A stretch of 64,000 nt of DNA from Nitrospirota bacterium (lineage in GTDB: Bacteria > Nitrospirota > UBA9217): positions 1,120,001 through 1,184,000 of the forward strand of contig CAVUCU010000001.1 in NCBI GenBank assembly GCA_963740085.1. The letters are read 5' to 3'. Positions 10,181 to 20,607 of this stretch are shown here, piece by piece; the stretch's first letter is position 1; every line of letters starts with the position of its first letter. The position numbers were made by a program, and so were the translations under genes. The notes beneath the pieces were generated by a model. It did no database searches. It was given only the letters and a program-made list of their open reading frames with translations, and was not told the origin of the DNA.

Positions 10181-11311
10181 TTAGTAGAACAGCATAAACC
10201 GCCGTGCCTGGATATTCAAGAGAATTCCGAGCGAGAGAAAGGTCGTGATTATGGAGGTCCCCCCGTAGCTCACGAGGGGAAGCGGTACACCGACGACGGG
10301 CACGATGCCTACGGCCATGCCAATGTTGATGAACACATAGAGCGACAGCATGGAGACGATGCCCCCGGCCATCAGCACGCCGAGCCGGTCTTTGGCATTC
10401 TTGGCCGTGTCCACACCAATGAGCAGCAAGGCCACATAGAGGAAAAGCAGAACGCTGCTGCCGACCAATCCGGTCTCCTCCGAGATCACCGCAAAGATGA
10501 AGTCCGTATGGCGCTCCGGCAGGAACGCCATCTGACTCTGTGTGCCTTTGCGGTAACCCCTGCCCGTGATCTGGCCCGAACCCACGGAGATCTTGGACTG
10601 GTTCGCGTGGTAGCCGCTCCCGAGCGGGTCCGAGCTCGGATCGATGAAAGCCTTGATCCGGTTCTGCTGGTACGGCTTGAGAGAACTCCAGATCTTGTGG
10701 CGCACCGGCGACACCAGAAAAACCAGGGATGCGATCGTCGCCCCGACAAGAAGCACGACCACGACTGACCGCAGACGGATGCCGGCAATCATGACGATCA
10801 TGGACGATGTCAGTAACAACATGATCGCGGTCCCCAGGTCCGGCTGCTTGAGCACGAGCACGAGCGGGACCAGGACCATGACCATGGGTATGCCCAGGTC
10901 CTTGAGCTCATAGTTGCCCTGTTTCGGGTCCTCGGCAAAATACCGTGCGAGGGCAAGCGTGAGCGAGATCTTGGCAAGCTCCGATGGCTGGAACGCGAAG
11001 GGGCCTATGGCGAGCCAGCGCTGCGCTCCCATGCCGGTCTTGCCCATGACCATAACGAGGAACAGGAGCACGAGCGAGATCGCATAAAGCACATAGGCAT
11101 ATCGGCCCACGGTGTGATAGTCGGGGATGAGCGAGAGGAACATGACTATCAACCCGATGGAGACCCATACGATCTGTTTCGTGAACAGGGATGATGGTCC
11201 CCTCGACGTATAGGTCGCGCTGTACACCGCCGCAAGGCCGATGAGCGCGATCGTGAACACCGTGAACACCATTCCCCAGGGCAGATTATCGAACCGTCTT
11301 TGGCTCAACAT
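10181..11311 (-). CDS. rodA: Rod shape-determining SEDS protein RodA
   Basis: GAQRW, QPSELAK, KQPDLGT, LPERHTDFIF and PLVSYGG motifs. Confidence 0.96.
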   Translation of the reverse strand: MLSQRRFDNLPWGMVFTVFTIALIGLAAVYSATYTSRGPSSLFTKQIVWVSIGLIVMFLSLIPDYHTVGRYAYVLYAISLVLLFLVMVMGKTGMGAQRWLAIGPFAFQPSELAKISLTLALARYFAEDPKQGNYELKDLGIPMVMVLVPLVLVLKQPDLGTAIMLLLTSSMIVMIAGIRLRSVVVVLLVGATIASLVFLVSPVRHKIWSSLKPYQQNRIKAFIDPSSDPLGSGYHANQSKISVGSGQITGRGYRKGTQSQMAFLPERHTDFIFAVISEETGLVGSSVLLFLYVALLLIGVDTAKNAKDRLGVLMAGGIVSMLSLYVFINIGMAVGIVPVVGVPLPLVSYGGTSIITTFLSLGILLNIQARRFMLFY

Positions 11312-13100
11312 TTTTCAGGTACTCCTCAATGACTCTTTTCGCTATGGGAGCGGCAGCGCTTCCACCATGCCCTCCGTGCTCCACGAGCACGGCCACGGCG
11401 ATCTTCGGATGCACGGCGGGTGCGTAAGCGACGAACCATGCGTGGTCGCTGGTCTCTTCAGAAAGTTTTCGTCCGGCGACCTTCTGCGCAATGACCTGGG
11501 CCGTTCCTGTCTTGCCGGCGACAACCGCGAGCGGGGTAGCAGCCCCATGGGCGGTACCATCCGGTTCGTTGACCACACCGACCAGCGCACTCTGTACTGC
11601 CTCGAGCGCCTTCGGATCAAGTTTGATCGAGCTTTCGTGTTCCGGAGAAAAAACTTTCACAACCCCTGTCTCCCGGTTCCTGGTCCGCTTAAGCAACCGC
11701 GGGCGATGGAAATGTCCGCCATTCGCTACCGCACTCATCATCTGGCAGGCCTGGATCGGGCTGACGAGGACGAAACCCTGGCCTATCGAGTTGATGTACG
11801 TGTCGCCCGGATACCAGGCTTCGCCGGTTCGTTTCTTCTTCCACGCTGTCGTGGGAATAAGCCCCGGCTTTTCGTCAGGCAGAAGGATGCCGGTCAGGCT
11901 CCCATAACCGAGTTTCCGCGCGTACTCGGCTACGCGGTCCCAGCCGATGCGCTCTCCCATGGTATAGAAGTAGACATCGCAGGACTCGACAAGCGCCCGG
12001 TGTAACGAAACCGGACCATGTCCGCCTCTTTTCCAGCACCGGAAGGAGTGCCTGCCGCTCATAAGGTACCCCTTGCAGTCTACGGTATCGTCAGGCTTGA
12101 TCACGCCGGAGTCAAGGCCGGCCAGCGCCACGATGATCTTGAACGTTGAACCGGGCGGATAAACGCTCTGGATCGCGCGGTTGTACATCGGGTGACCCGG
12201 GTCGTTCATGAGCTTCACCCAGTCCTTCGGCGAGATCCCCCGGGGAAAGATGTTCGGGTCGTACGTAGGGTGGCTTGCGAGTGCGAGGATCTCCCCGGTG
12301 TCCGGGTCCATTGCCACGACGGCCCCTGCGCGGCTGCCGAGCCCTTCTTCGGCCGCTTTCTGCGCATCGAGGTCGATGGTAAGGTAGATGTCCGTGCCGG
12401 GCCTTGGCTCCTCGATGCCGAGGTCCTTTACCTTCCTGCCTGCCGCGTTCACCTGGATCATGCGCCTGCCCGCAACCCCGCGCAGCAGTTTATCGTAGAC
12501 CTTTTCAAGCCCCCCCTGGCCGGTCAAAATACCGAGATCTGTCTGCTCTTTCCTGTGCTGGGACACGGTTACCTTGCCGATATAGCCGAACTGATGAGAA
12601 GCCAGTCCCGCATACGGATAATGCCTGAGATGCTCGGGCTCGATGATCGCCCCGGGCAGGTCGTCCTGATGGGCCTCGACCCTGGCCACCTCGTCCCAGG
12701 GCGCCTCTTCCTGGATCTTCACGGGATCATACGTTGTCCTGACATCGTTCGCGTCTTCAAGTATTTTGCGGATGGAATCCGGAGAGATCTTGACGATCGC
12801 CGACAACTTCTCGATCGTGGCATCAAGGTCCTGTGCGTCTTCCGGGATCAGAGAGATATCGAACACGAGCTCATTCTCGACAAGCGGTCTGCCGCTGCGG
12901 TCGTAGATGATGCCCCGCGGCGGTCTGAGCTTCACGGGTCGTATCCGGTTGTTCTCCGCCTGTTCATGGTAATACTCTCCCTTGATCGCCTGAAGATACC
13001 AGAGGCGGATAAAGAGGACCACGGCAAGAAAAATAATGAAGGCCGCCAGGAGCGGAAGCCTTCGCTGAATGCCGGCGGTGCTGTCCTGCTGCTGGTCCAT
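11286..13100 (-). CDS. mrdA: Penicillin-binding protein 2
   Basis: PRG.IYDR, PGSTFK, SCDVYFY and GKTGTAQ motifs; located in the mre operon. Confidence 0.96.
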   Translation of the reverse strand: MDQQQDSTAGIQRRLPLLAAFIIFLAVVLFIRLWYLQAIKGEYYHEQAENNRIRPVKLRPPRGIIYDRSGRPLVENELVFDISLIPEDAQDLDATIEKLSAIVKISPDSIRKILEDANDVRTTYDPVKIQEEAPWDEVARVEAHQDDLPGAIIEPEHLRHYPYAGLASHQFGYIGKVTVSQHRKEQTDLGILTGQGGLEKVYDKLLRGVAGRRMIQVNAAGRKVKDLGIEEPRPGTDIYLTIDLDAQKAAEEGLGSRAGAVVAMDPDTGEILALASHPTYDPNIFPRGISPKDWVKLMNDPGHPMYNRAIQSVYPPGSTFKIIVALAGLDSGVIKPDDTVDCKGYLMSGRHSFRCWKRGGHGPVSLHRALVESCDVYFYTMGERIGWDRVAEYARKLGYGSLTGILLPDEKPGLIPTTAWKKKRTGEAWYPGDTYINSIGQGFVLVSPIQACQMMSAVANGGHFHRPRLLKRTRNRETGVVKVFSPEHESSIKLDPKALEAVQSALVGVVNEPDGTAHGAATPLAVVAGKTGTAQVIAQKVAGRKLSEETSDHAWFVAYAPAVHPKIAVAVLVEHGGHGGSAAAPIAKRVIEEYLKNVEPKTVR

Positions 13101-13613
13101 CTACAACTCCTTTTGAACGTCCCGTCTCACCAGAACCGACATGACGTCCTTTCTGACTATTAACTTCAGTAAAACAGCGCCCAGCACGCCCGTATACAGC
13201 GCCCTGGGAAGGATGCGACCCGCCATCAAGCTGACGACCGGGACCGACCCGTAGAACATCTGCAAAAAGAACGCGATGAAGATCCCTTCCAGCAGGCTGA
13301 AGGCCGCAACGAAGATGCTGTTCAATCGGCTGGCAGGATCGAGCACTCTCCTGCCGAGCAGTCCCGCGGAGAAGCCGATCAATCCCCTGGTCAAACCGGA
13401 AAACCCGATGAAGCTTGCGGAACCGATATCCTGGACCAGCCCGATGGCCATGCCCGCCAGGGCGGCCTCCGCGGGTCCGGTCAGCAGTCCGATGATAAAG
13501 AGCAGGACCAGGGCAAGGTCCGGCTTGATACCGCCGAGCGACAGGGAGTCGATGAGGCTTGCCTGAACGGGGATGATCAAAAGCAGGATAATGAAATACA
13601 CGAGAGGTTTCAT
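13101..13613 (-). CDS. mreD: Rod shape-determining protein MreD
   Basis: Hydrophobic, with KPDL and G...GL.QD; lies between mreC and mrdA. Confidence 0.85.
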   Translation of the reverse strand: MKPLVYFIILLLIIPVQASLIDSLSLGGIKPDLALVLLFIIGLLTGPAEAALAGMAIGLVQDIGSASFIGFSGLTRGLIGFSAGLLGRRVLDPASRLNSIFVAAFSLLEGIFIAFFLQMFYGSVPVVSLMAGRILPRALYTGVLGAVLLKLIVRKDVMSVLVRRDVQKEL

Positions 13614-14416
13614 TTCATGAGCACCAGCACCTCTTCCAGGCGTGAAAAGCTGACCACGGGGTCCGCCAGCACGGTCTGGAATGCGATGGCCTCATGTTTC
13701 GATACGCTGACAACCCTTGCCACGGCAAGACCTTTGGGATAGATGCCATCAAGACCCGACGTGATGAGCAGATCGCCGTCCTGGATATCTGCGTAGTACG
13801 AAACGTATTTGAGTGCGCAATTGACGAGTTTACCCTCGAGCAGCCCTTCTTCGCGGTTGCGCATGACGCGTACGGCGATTGTGCAGCCGGGGTCGGTGAG
13901 GAGCAGGACCTTTGACGTGCCGGGAAGCACGGCGTGGATCTTTCCAACCACCCCGTGCGCGGTGATCACGGCCATGTCTTTCCGGATGCCGTGGTCCGAA
14001 CCCTTGTTCAGGGTAACGGTGCTGGAAGCCGGTGAAGACTCCTTGCCGATCACCTGGGCCATGATGTCCGTCGGCGGATAGAGCCGTTTAAAATCCAGCG
14101 CATCCCGCAGCCGTTCATTCTCGAGCTGCAATTCGTTCATGACGGCGCTCTCAAGCAGCAGATGTTCATTCTCGGCCCGGAGACGCTGGTTCTCCTGCTG
14201 GGTTCCGACGAGAAGAACATACCCCTTTCCGATGGACACGATGGTGTTAAAAGGCCAGCTTATGATACGTTCGAAAAATCCGGAAATGGCCAGTACCGGC
14301 CTTTCCATGAACGTGAACCGCCCCTTCTTTACCTGGATAGTGACCAGCCAGAAGAGGAGGATAAAGAGGGTAAGAATGGACAGAAATTTTTTGTGTTTTA
14401 CGATAAACCCGGGCAT
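13610..14416 (-). CDS. mreC: Rod shape-determining protein MreC
   Basis: Transmembrane helix plus coiled coil (ENQRL, ENERL); NKGSDHG; TSGLDGIYPKGL. Confidence 0.93.
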   Translation of the reverse strand: MPGFIVKHKKFLSILTLFILLFWLVTIQVKKGRFTFMERPVLAISGFFERIISWPFNTIVSIGKGYVLLVGTQQENQRLRAENEHLLLESAVMNELQLENERLRDALDFKRLYPPTDIMAQVIGKESSPASSTVTLNKGSDHGIRKDMAVITAHGVVGKIHAVLPGTSKVLLLTDPGCTIAVRVMRNREEGLLEGKLVNCALKYVSYYADIQDGDLLITSGLDGIYPKGLAVARVVSVSKHEAIAFQTVLADPVVSFSRLEEVLVLMK

Positions 14417-14487
14417 CCGCTTCAGCCGCTTTCCGTTACATAAAAGGGGTATTCTTATGACTCAACTACCCCTCTGCCTTGAAACCA

Positions 14488-14567
14488 TGTCCCCGATACA
14501 GCATTCGGGGATGAACGTGTACTGATGAAACCTGGTGGTCATTCCCGAAGGTTCAATCGGGAATCCG
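14488..14567. repeat. REP-like hairpins
   Basis: tccccgatacagcattcgggga and gtcattcccgaaggttcaatcgggaatcc. Confidence 0.45.
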
Positions 14568-14621
14568 GTATTTTATAATTAACCGCATAGTGTATCTGCC
14601 GGGGTGAAGTAAATGCCCCAA

Positions 14622-15647
14622 CTACATGATGACCTTTTTCAGGATTTCCTCATCATCGAGGACCATGCCGGCCCCGAGCGCCACGCAGGTTAGAGGGTTT
14701 TCGGCGATGATAATGGGAAGGGACGTCTCCTCACGCAGGAAAACGTCAAGCCCCTTCAGCAGCGCGCCTCCGCCGGCAAGCACAATGCCCTTGTCCACAA
14801 TATCGGCCGAAAGCTCCGGCGGCGTGTTCTCGAGCGCCAGCTTGATGCCGTTCAGGATCTGGCTGACCGTTTCCGCGAGCGACTCGCGAACTTCGTCGTC
14901 GTCGAGGACGAGTGTCTTGGGGATGCCGGAGACCAGGTCGCGGCCCTTGATCTCCATCGTATGCCGTTCGTTGTCCGTCTTGTACGCCGAACCGAGTTCG
15001 AGCTTGATCTGTTCGGCCATCATCTCTCCGATCAGAAGGTTGTACTTGCGCTTGATGTAGTTGATGATCGCCTCGTCCATCTTGTCGCCGCCCACGCGGA
15101 TGGCCTTGCTGTAGACCACACCGTCCATGGAGATGACGGCGATGTCCGTGGTTCCGCCGCCGATGTCGACGATCATGTTGCCCGAGGGCTCCGAGATGGG
15201 CAGCCCCGTCCCGATGGCCGCGGCCACGGGCTCCTCGATGAGGAAGACATCCCGTCCGCCGGAGGTGATGGCGGCATCCTTGACCGCGCGCTGCTCCACC
15301 TGCGTGATCCCCGAGGGAACGCCGATGACGATGCGGGGCCGCATGAACGATTTGCGGTTGTGCACCTTGCGGATGAAGTACTTCAGCATCTCGCCGGTGA
15401 TATCGAAATCGGAGATGACGCCGTCCTTGATCGGCCGGATCGTCCTGATGTCGCCGGGCGTGCGGCCGAGCATCCGCTTGGCCTCCACACCCACGGCGAG
15501 CACCTTGCCGGACTTTATGGAAATAGCAACAACGGACGGCTCGTTGCAGATGATCCCCTTCCCTTTCACGTAGACCAGGGTGTTGGCCGTGCCCAGATCG
15601 ATCGCCATGTCATTCGAGAACCAGCCCATGATAGTGTTGATAAACAT
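14622..15647 (-). CDS. mreB: Actin-like rod shape protein MreB
   Basis: [26 protein letters not shown] and LAGGGALL motifs. Confidence 0.98.
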   Translation of the reverse strand: MFINTIMGWFSNDMAIDLGTANTLVYVKGKGIICNEPSVVAISIKSGKVLAVGVEAKRMLGRTPGDIRTIRPIKDGVISDFDITGEMLKYFIRKVHNRKSFMRPRIVIGVPSGITQVEQRAVKDAAITSGGRDVFLIEEPVAAAIGTGLPISEPSGNMIVDIGGGTTDIAVISMDGVVYSKAIRVGGDKMDEAIINYIKRKYNLLIGEMMAEQIKLELGSAYKTDNERHTMEIKGRDLVSGIPKTLVLDDDEVRESLAETVSQILNGIKLALENTPPELSADIVDKGIVLAGGGALLKGLDVFLREETSLPIIIAENPLTCVALGAGMVLDDEEILKKVIM

Positions 15648-15783
15648 TGTTTTGAGAAGCTCCTTTCGATGAGAGAAAAGCCAAGACTGGACAGATCACA
15701 GCAACCGATAGACAACCACGGGTAGCGCCGTGGACGTGACATGCAAATTTTGCGTGGTAATCCATTACACGCGCAGTGAATAC

Positions 15784-16269
15784 TTATTGCCGGCTATCGA
15801 GAGGCCCGTTCGTGCCTGTTGACGAGGCCCCGGGGTGCTGCTCCGACGCGGGCTTTTTCTCGTCGCGCACCGGTGCCGCCAGAACGACCTGCGTCCGCGC
15901 CAGCATGTCGCCGAGCCGCATCCCCCCCCTGTCACCGAGGGCGGTAAGGCCTTCCATGCCGATGACGAGCGGGCAGAGTATCCAGCCCGCGTAGGGTATC
16001 AAAAAAAGAAAATAGGCCAGAACGATCGTGACATTCCTGATGATCGAATCCCGATAGGTCGCCGCGGGCCCGGAATCCTCCAACGAGATCACCCGGATGC
16101 CGATGAGCTTTTTCCCGACACTTTGGCGGTCAAACAGCCCATCGCGGATGAGGATATATCCTGAGGCAGACAAAAAACCGATGACATCCGGCAATCGTGC
16201 CAGGCCGATGATAAGCAGAAGATCGACAAGTCCTGCGACTGCCCTGATTGTCATGTTTGCCCTTTGCAA
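15784..16269 (-). CDS. RDD family membrane protein
   Basis: R.VAGLVD, QSVGKKLIGIRV and RLGDMLART motifs. Confidence 0.85.
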   Translation of the reverse strand: MQRANMTIRAVAGLVDLLLIIGLARLPDVIGFLSASGYILIRDGLFDRQSVGKKLIGIRVISLEDSGPAATYRDSIIRNVTIVLAYFLFLIPYAGWILCPLVIGMEGLTALGDRGGMRLGDMLARTQVVLAAPVRDEKKPASEQHPGASSTGTNGPLDSRQ

Positions 16270-16557
16270 TGAGCCTCCTGCACGTGTTCATACTAGCAGA
16301 ATAAAAAATGTATTTCAAGACTAAAAAAATTCGGGTGCTGAAAAAAGAACAAAAACGGCCTGTGAGAGACGCCCGGCGATGAGGAACGAAGCGCCCGTCC
16401 TCAAAAGAAATAGCGCTTTTCCACGCAAAAAGGTGTATACTGTACCCTTGTCGGGAAGACGTCCGATTCAAACCTGTCCTCATGATCTGTCCTTCCCGGC
16501 AAACAATCCGCAGTTCGCTGCAGCTTGATCATGTCAACCAATGAAAAGGAGAACACT

Positions 16558-16962
16558 ATGCTCGAAAAAGTTAAGGCGGGTGAGAACATTACTTCGTACT
16601 GCACCAAGTGCAAGTTGAACCTTGACCACACGATCGTGGCCGTGACCGGTGAGACCATCGCCAAGGTAAAATGCAAGACCTGCGGCAGTGCTCACAAGTT
16701 CAGAGACCCCGCGGACGTTAAAAAGCCCCGGATAGCGAAAAAGAAGGTGGATGCCGTGAAAACGGCCGAAACCTTGTGGGAGACCAGCCTGTCCGAGACA
16801 AAGGGTAAAGAGCGTGTATATGACATGTCCGGAAAATACCGGATAGGTGATATTGTCCTCCATAGCACCTTTGGCAAGGGTATCGTGCGGAAGCTCTATC
16901 TGAACAAGTGCGACATGCTCTTCAAGGACAAAGAGCGCCTGATGGCGTCGGCGAACCAGTAA
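16558..16962 (+). CDS. Conserved hypothetical Zn-ribbon protein
   Basis: CTKC...H...CKTC..H and H.TFGKG patterns; AAGGAGA RBS before the ATG at 16558. Confidence 0.8.
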   Translation: MLEKVKAGENITSYCTKCKLNLDHTIVAVTGETIAKVKCKTCGSAHKFRDPADVKKPRIAKKKVDAVKTAETLWETSLSETKGKERVYDMSGKYRIGDIVLHSTFGKGIVRKLYLNKCDMLFKDKERLMASANQ

Positions 16963-17000
16963 CCTGCATTATTCGTATCTACTCAGGCCAAAATCTGTTA

Positions 17001-17092
17001 GCCGCGAAAGAACGCAAGGATCGCAAAGAGAATTAAAACTGAAACACATGGGTGCAGGTTTTTTCTTTGAGTTCTTTGCGATCTTTCGCGGC
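17001..17092. repeat. Periodic-arm inverted-repeat element
   Basis: gccgcgaaagaacgcaaggatcgcaaag ... ctttgagttctttgcgatctttcgcggc. Confidence 0.8.
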
Positions 17093-17120
17093 AAACGCTA
17101 TTGTTCTTTTATCCCCCGAC

Positions 17121-18293
17121 ATGCTCAAATCCAGCATCCTCATCACCTGCCCCAAAGGTATACCCCCTTTTCTGAAGCAGGAACTGATCAACGGGAACTT
17201 CCCCGTGCTGTCCGAAAACATCGCCGGCGTCGGGACCGAGGGCAGCCTCGACGATGCCATGAGCCTGAATCTTTCACTTCGCACGGGCCACCGTGTGCTG
17301 GTCGTTCTCAGGGAATTCCGGGCCAGGGACGCAGACGAACTCTATCATGCCTTGCATGACATCGCCTGGGAGCAGCACATCCCCGAGGACGGGTATCTCT
17401 GCGTCACTTCGAGCGTCAGCAACCCGACGATCAAGGACTCGCGCTTCGCAAGCCTGAAATGCAAAGACGCCATTGTCGACCGCATAAAAGAAAAATGCGG
17501 AGTACGGCCCGACTCCGGCCCCGAACGGGACCGGTCCGTGGTTCATCTCTACTGGAAAGAGGACCGGTGTTCGGTGTATCTCGACACCTCGGGAGAACCG
17601 CTCTCGCGTCGCGGCTACCGGAAGATCCCGCTGGGCGCGCCCATGCAGGAGACGCTGGCCGCCGCGGTCGTGCTTGCCACCGGCTGGGACGGCACGGGAA
17701 ACTTCATCAACCCCATGTGCGGCAGCGGCACGCTTGCTATCGAGGCGGCGCTCATCGGCCTGGACCGCGCGCCGGGGCTCCTCAGGGGCAACTTCGGGTT
17801 CATGCACCTCAAAGGCTATAGCGAAGCGCGCTGGAACGAGCTGCGCGAGGCATCACGGAAGAAGGCAAAAAAAAGCCTGCCGGGGAAGATCATCGCCACG
17901 GACATCAGCCCTCATGCCGTCGAAGCAGCGCGGAAAAATGCGGCCACGGCCGGCGTGGAACACCTCATCGACTTCGGAGTCTGCGACTTTTCCGACACTC
18001 CCCTGCCCGGGAACAGCGGCGTCATCGTGCTGAATCCCGAGTACGGCGAACGGATGGGCGAGGTCCAAAAGCTCGAGGCCACCTACAAGGACATCGGCGA
18101 TTATCTCAAGCAGAAATGCAGGGGATTTTCCGGCTACGTGTTCACGGGCAGCCCGATCCTCGCCAAAAAGATAAGCCTGAAGCCGAAGAGGACCTTTCAA
18201 TTCTTCAACAGCGGGATCGAGTGCCGGTTGCTTGAATACGAGCTGTATGAAGGGACCAGAAAGTTCAAAAGACCGAAACCGTCGCAGGACTGA
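17121..18293 (+). CDS. THUMP-domain SAM-dependent RNA methyltransferase (RlmL/YpsC-like)
   Basis: KDAIVD, DTSGEPL.RRGYR, APMQETLAA, PMCGSGT and NPEYGER motifs. Confidence 0.9.
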   Translation: MLKSSILITCPKGIPPFLKQELINGNFPVLSENIAGVGTEGSLDDAMSLNLSLRTGHRVLVVLREFRARDADELYHALHDIAWEQHIPEDGYLCVTSSVSNPTIKDSRFASLKCKDAIVDRIKEKCGVRPDSGPERDRSVVHLYWKEDRCSVYLDTSGEPLSRRGYRKIPLGAPMQETLAAAVVLATGWDGTGNFINPMCGSGTLAIEAALIGLDRAPGLLRGNFGFMHLKGYSEARWNELREASRKKAKKSLPGKIIATDISPHAVEAARKNAATAGVEHLIDFGVCDFSDTPLPGNSGVIVLNPEYGERMGEVQKLEATYKDIGDYLKQKCRGFSGYVFTGSPILAKKISLKPKRTFQFFNSGIECRLLEYELYEGTRKFKRPKPSQD

Positions 18294-18478
18294 GACTCTC
18301 CCCCGGGCATTTCAGTCATGGCCGGAACGCGGTTGACTGAACGTGAAAATCAGCATCGGCACCGTTTCCCCCGTCAATGATCCAGCCGGAAAGTAAAATA
18401 TGATTTGCCATATCGGTCCTCCTGCGTTATTATGCAAAGTTGTTTGAACAAACCATCTTCTCCCTGCAAGGAAGGCAA

Positions 18479-20344
18479 ATGCTTCAGATCACGAACCTGG
18501 AAAAATCCTATGGCAAACAACTGCTCTTCGACGGCGTCAGCTTCACCGTCAACCCGCGAGAGCGCGTCGGGCTCGTGGGCCGGAACGGCCACGGAAAGTC
18601 CACGCTCTTCCGCATGATCCTCGGCGAAGAGCACCAGGATGCCGGCACGATCACCACGCCATCGGGATACACCATCGGCCATTTGTCCCAGCACATCCAT
18701 TTCACCGAGGACACCGTGCTCAAGGAGGCCTGCCTGGCCCTTCCGAAGAATGAAGACCATATCGATGAATCATACAAGGCGGAGGCCGTCCTCCATGGAC
18801 TCGGGTTCGCCAATGATGACTTCGACCGGCCGCCTTCCTCGCTGTCCGGCGGATACCAGGTGCGTTTGAACCTGGCAAAAGTCCTGGTGTCGGGACCCAA
18901 CCTCCTGCTCCTTGACGAGCCCACGAATTATCTCGACATCGTCTCGGTCCGGTGGATCACGCAGTTCCTTCGCGCGTGGAGGAACGAGCTTATCATCATC
19001 ACCCACGACCGCGACTTTATGGACAGCGTCACCACCCATACCATGATCATCCACCGCTGCAAGATGCGGAAGGTCGCCGGGAGCACTCAGAAGCTCTATG
19101 ACCAGATCCTGCTGGAGGAAGAGATCTACGAGAAGACGCGCCAGAATGACGAAAAGAAGCGCAAAGAGGTTGAGCAGTTCATTAACCGGTTCCGCGCCCA
19201 GGCAACCAAGGCCAGCGCTGTCCAGTCGCGCATCAAGGCGCTCGCAAGGCACGAAACGCTCGGAAAGCTCGACGAGATCAAAAACCTCGACTTCAAGTTC
19301 CGGTCCGCGCCGTTTGAAGCGAAATGGCTGATGACCGTGGAGGACCTGTCCTTTGGATTCGAGAAGGACGGCCCGATGCTGATCGACGGACTCTCCTTTG
19401 CCGTGGGCAAGAAGGACCGCATTGCCGTGATCGGAAAGAACGGCAAGGGCAAGACCACGCTGCTGAACCTGCTGGCGAGGGAAATGTCGCCGACGAACGG
19501 AGAAATCAAGCTGCACCCCAATACAAAGATCGCCTACTTCGGGCAGACCAATATCGACCGTTTGCGTCCCGAAAAGACCGCGCTCCAGGAGATCATGGAC
19601 GCGCATCCGGACTATGCCCAGGGTGAGTCCCGCGCGATCTGCGGGCTCATGATGTTCGAGGGCGACAACGCTCTCAAGAAGGTGAGCGTGCTTTCCGGCG
19701 GGGAGAGGAGCCGGGTGCTGCTCGGCAAACTGCTCGTCTCGCCGGCCAACCTCCTGCTCCTCGACGAACCCACGAACCACCTGGACATGGAATCCATCGA
19801 CTCGCTGATCGAGGCTATCGAGGTCTTTGACGGCGCCGTCGTGATCGTGACCCACAGCGAGTTGATCCTGGAGGCCGTGGCTACCAAGCTCATCGTCTAT
19901 GATAACGATAGTGTATCGGTCTTCGAAGGAACATATTTTGATTTCCTCGATCGTGTGGGCTGGAGCGACGAGGGCGGGGTGCGCATAAAGAAGGGGAAGA
20001 AACAGGGCATCGATAAGAACGGCAGCAGAAAAGATTCAAAAAAGATCCGCGCCGCCATACTCACTGATAAATCGCGGAGCCTGAGCACGCTCAAAAAGAA
20101 GATCGCCGACATCGAAGAAGAGATCACAAAGCTCGAATTTGATGTGGAGCAGGACACGCAAAGACTCCTTGAAGTATCGGTCAAGGGCGAGGCACTGTCC
20201 ATCAAGCGGTTGTCGCAGGCCCTCCGCGATAACAAGGCGCGGATCGATACGCGCTTTGCGGAGCTCCAGGCCATCACCACCGAGCACGATGAAAAAGCGA
20301 AAGAGTTCGACCAGCAGTTGAACGAGCTGGCGCAGATATCGTAA
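18479..20344 (+). CDS. ABC-F family ATPase
   Basis: Two ABC domains (GRNGHGKST, LSGG, LLDEPTN; GKNGKGKTT, LSGGE), C-terminal coiled coil, no transmembrane segment. Confidence 0.93.
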   Translation: MLQITNLEKSYGKQLLFDGVSFTVNPRERVGLVGRNGHGKSTLFRMILGEEHQDAGTITTPSGYTIGHLSQHIHFTEDTVLKEACLALPKNEDHIDESYKAEAVLHGLGFANDDFDRPPSSLSGGYQVRLNLAKVLVSGPNLLLLDEPTNYLDIVSVRWITQFLRAWRNELIIITHDRDFMDSVTTHTMIIHRCKMRKVAGSTQKLYDQILLEEEIYEKTRQNDEKKRKEVEQFINRFRAQATKASAVQSRIKALARHETLGKLDEIKNLDFKFRSAPFEAKWLMTVEDLSFGFEKDGPMLIDGLSFAVGKKDRIAVIGKNGKGKTTLLNLLAREMSPTNGEIKLHPNTKIAYFGQTNIDRLRPEKTALQEIMDAHPDYAQGESRAICGLMMFEGDNALKKVSVLSGGERSRVLLGKLLVSPANLLLLDEPTNHLDMESIDSLIEAIEVFDGAVVIVTHSELILEAVATKLIVYDNDSVSVFEGTYFDFLDRVGWSDEGGVRIKKGKKQGIDKNGSRKDSKKIRAAILTDKSRSLSTLKKKIADIEEEITKLEFDVEQDTQRLLEVSVKGEALSIKRLSQALRDNKARIDTRFAELQAITTEHDEKAKEFDQQLNELAQIS

Positions 20345-20399
20345 AAAGACGATCTCGATGAGCAACAGGTTACACGCGGAGAAACCTAAATGCACGTGA

Positions 20400-20545
20400 G
20401 CCACAAGGCGCATGAGTCACAAAATAAATGAAATTGTACTGTTTATGTACTGCCTCACCGCTTCGGCGATTACGTTTTCCATTTCAAGTTCTTATTTCTT
20501 CTCTGTGATTTCTGTGCTTTATGTGGCCAGTACCGCTTTTAGGAG
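20400..20545. repeat. Periodic-arm element whose internal sequence is shared with about 49998-50158
   Basis: Shared gattacgtt....catttcaa.ttctt core followed by a ctgtg-periodic arm. Confidence 0.6.
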
Positions 20546-20607
20546 AGATCTCAATCCTGTTGATCCTGTAGTCCTGTCAAAGATTTATTGACTTTTTTGG
20601 TGATGCC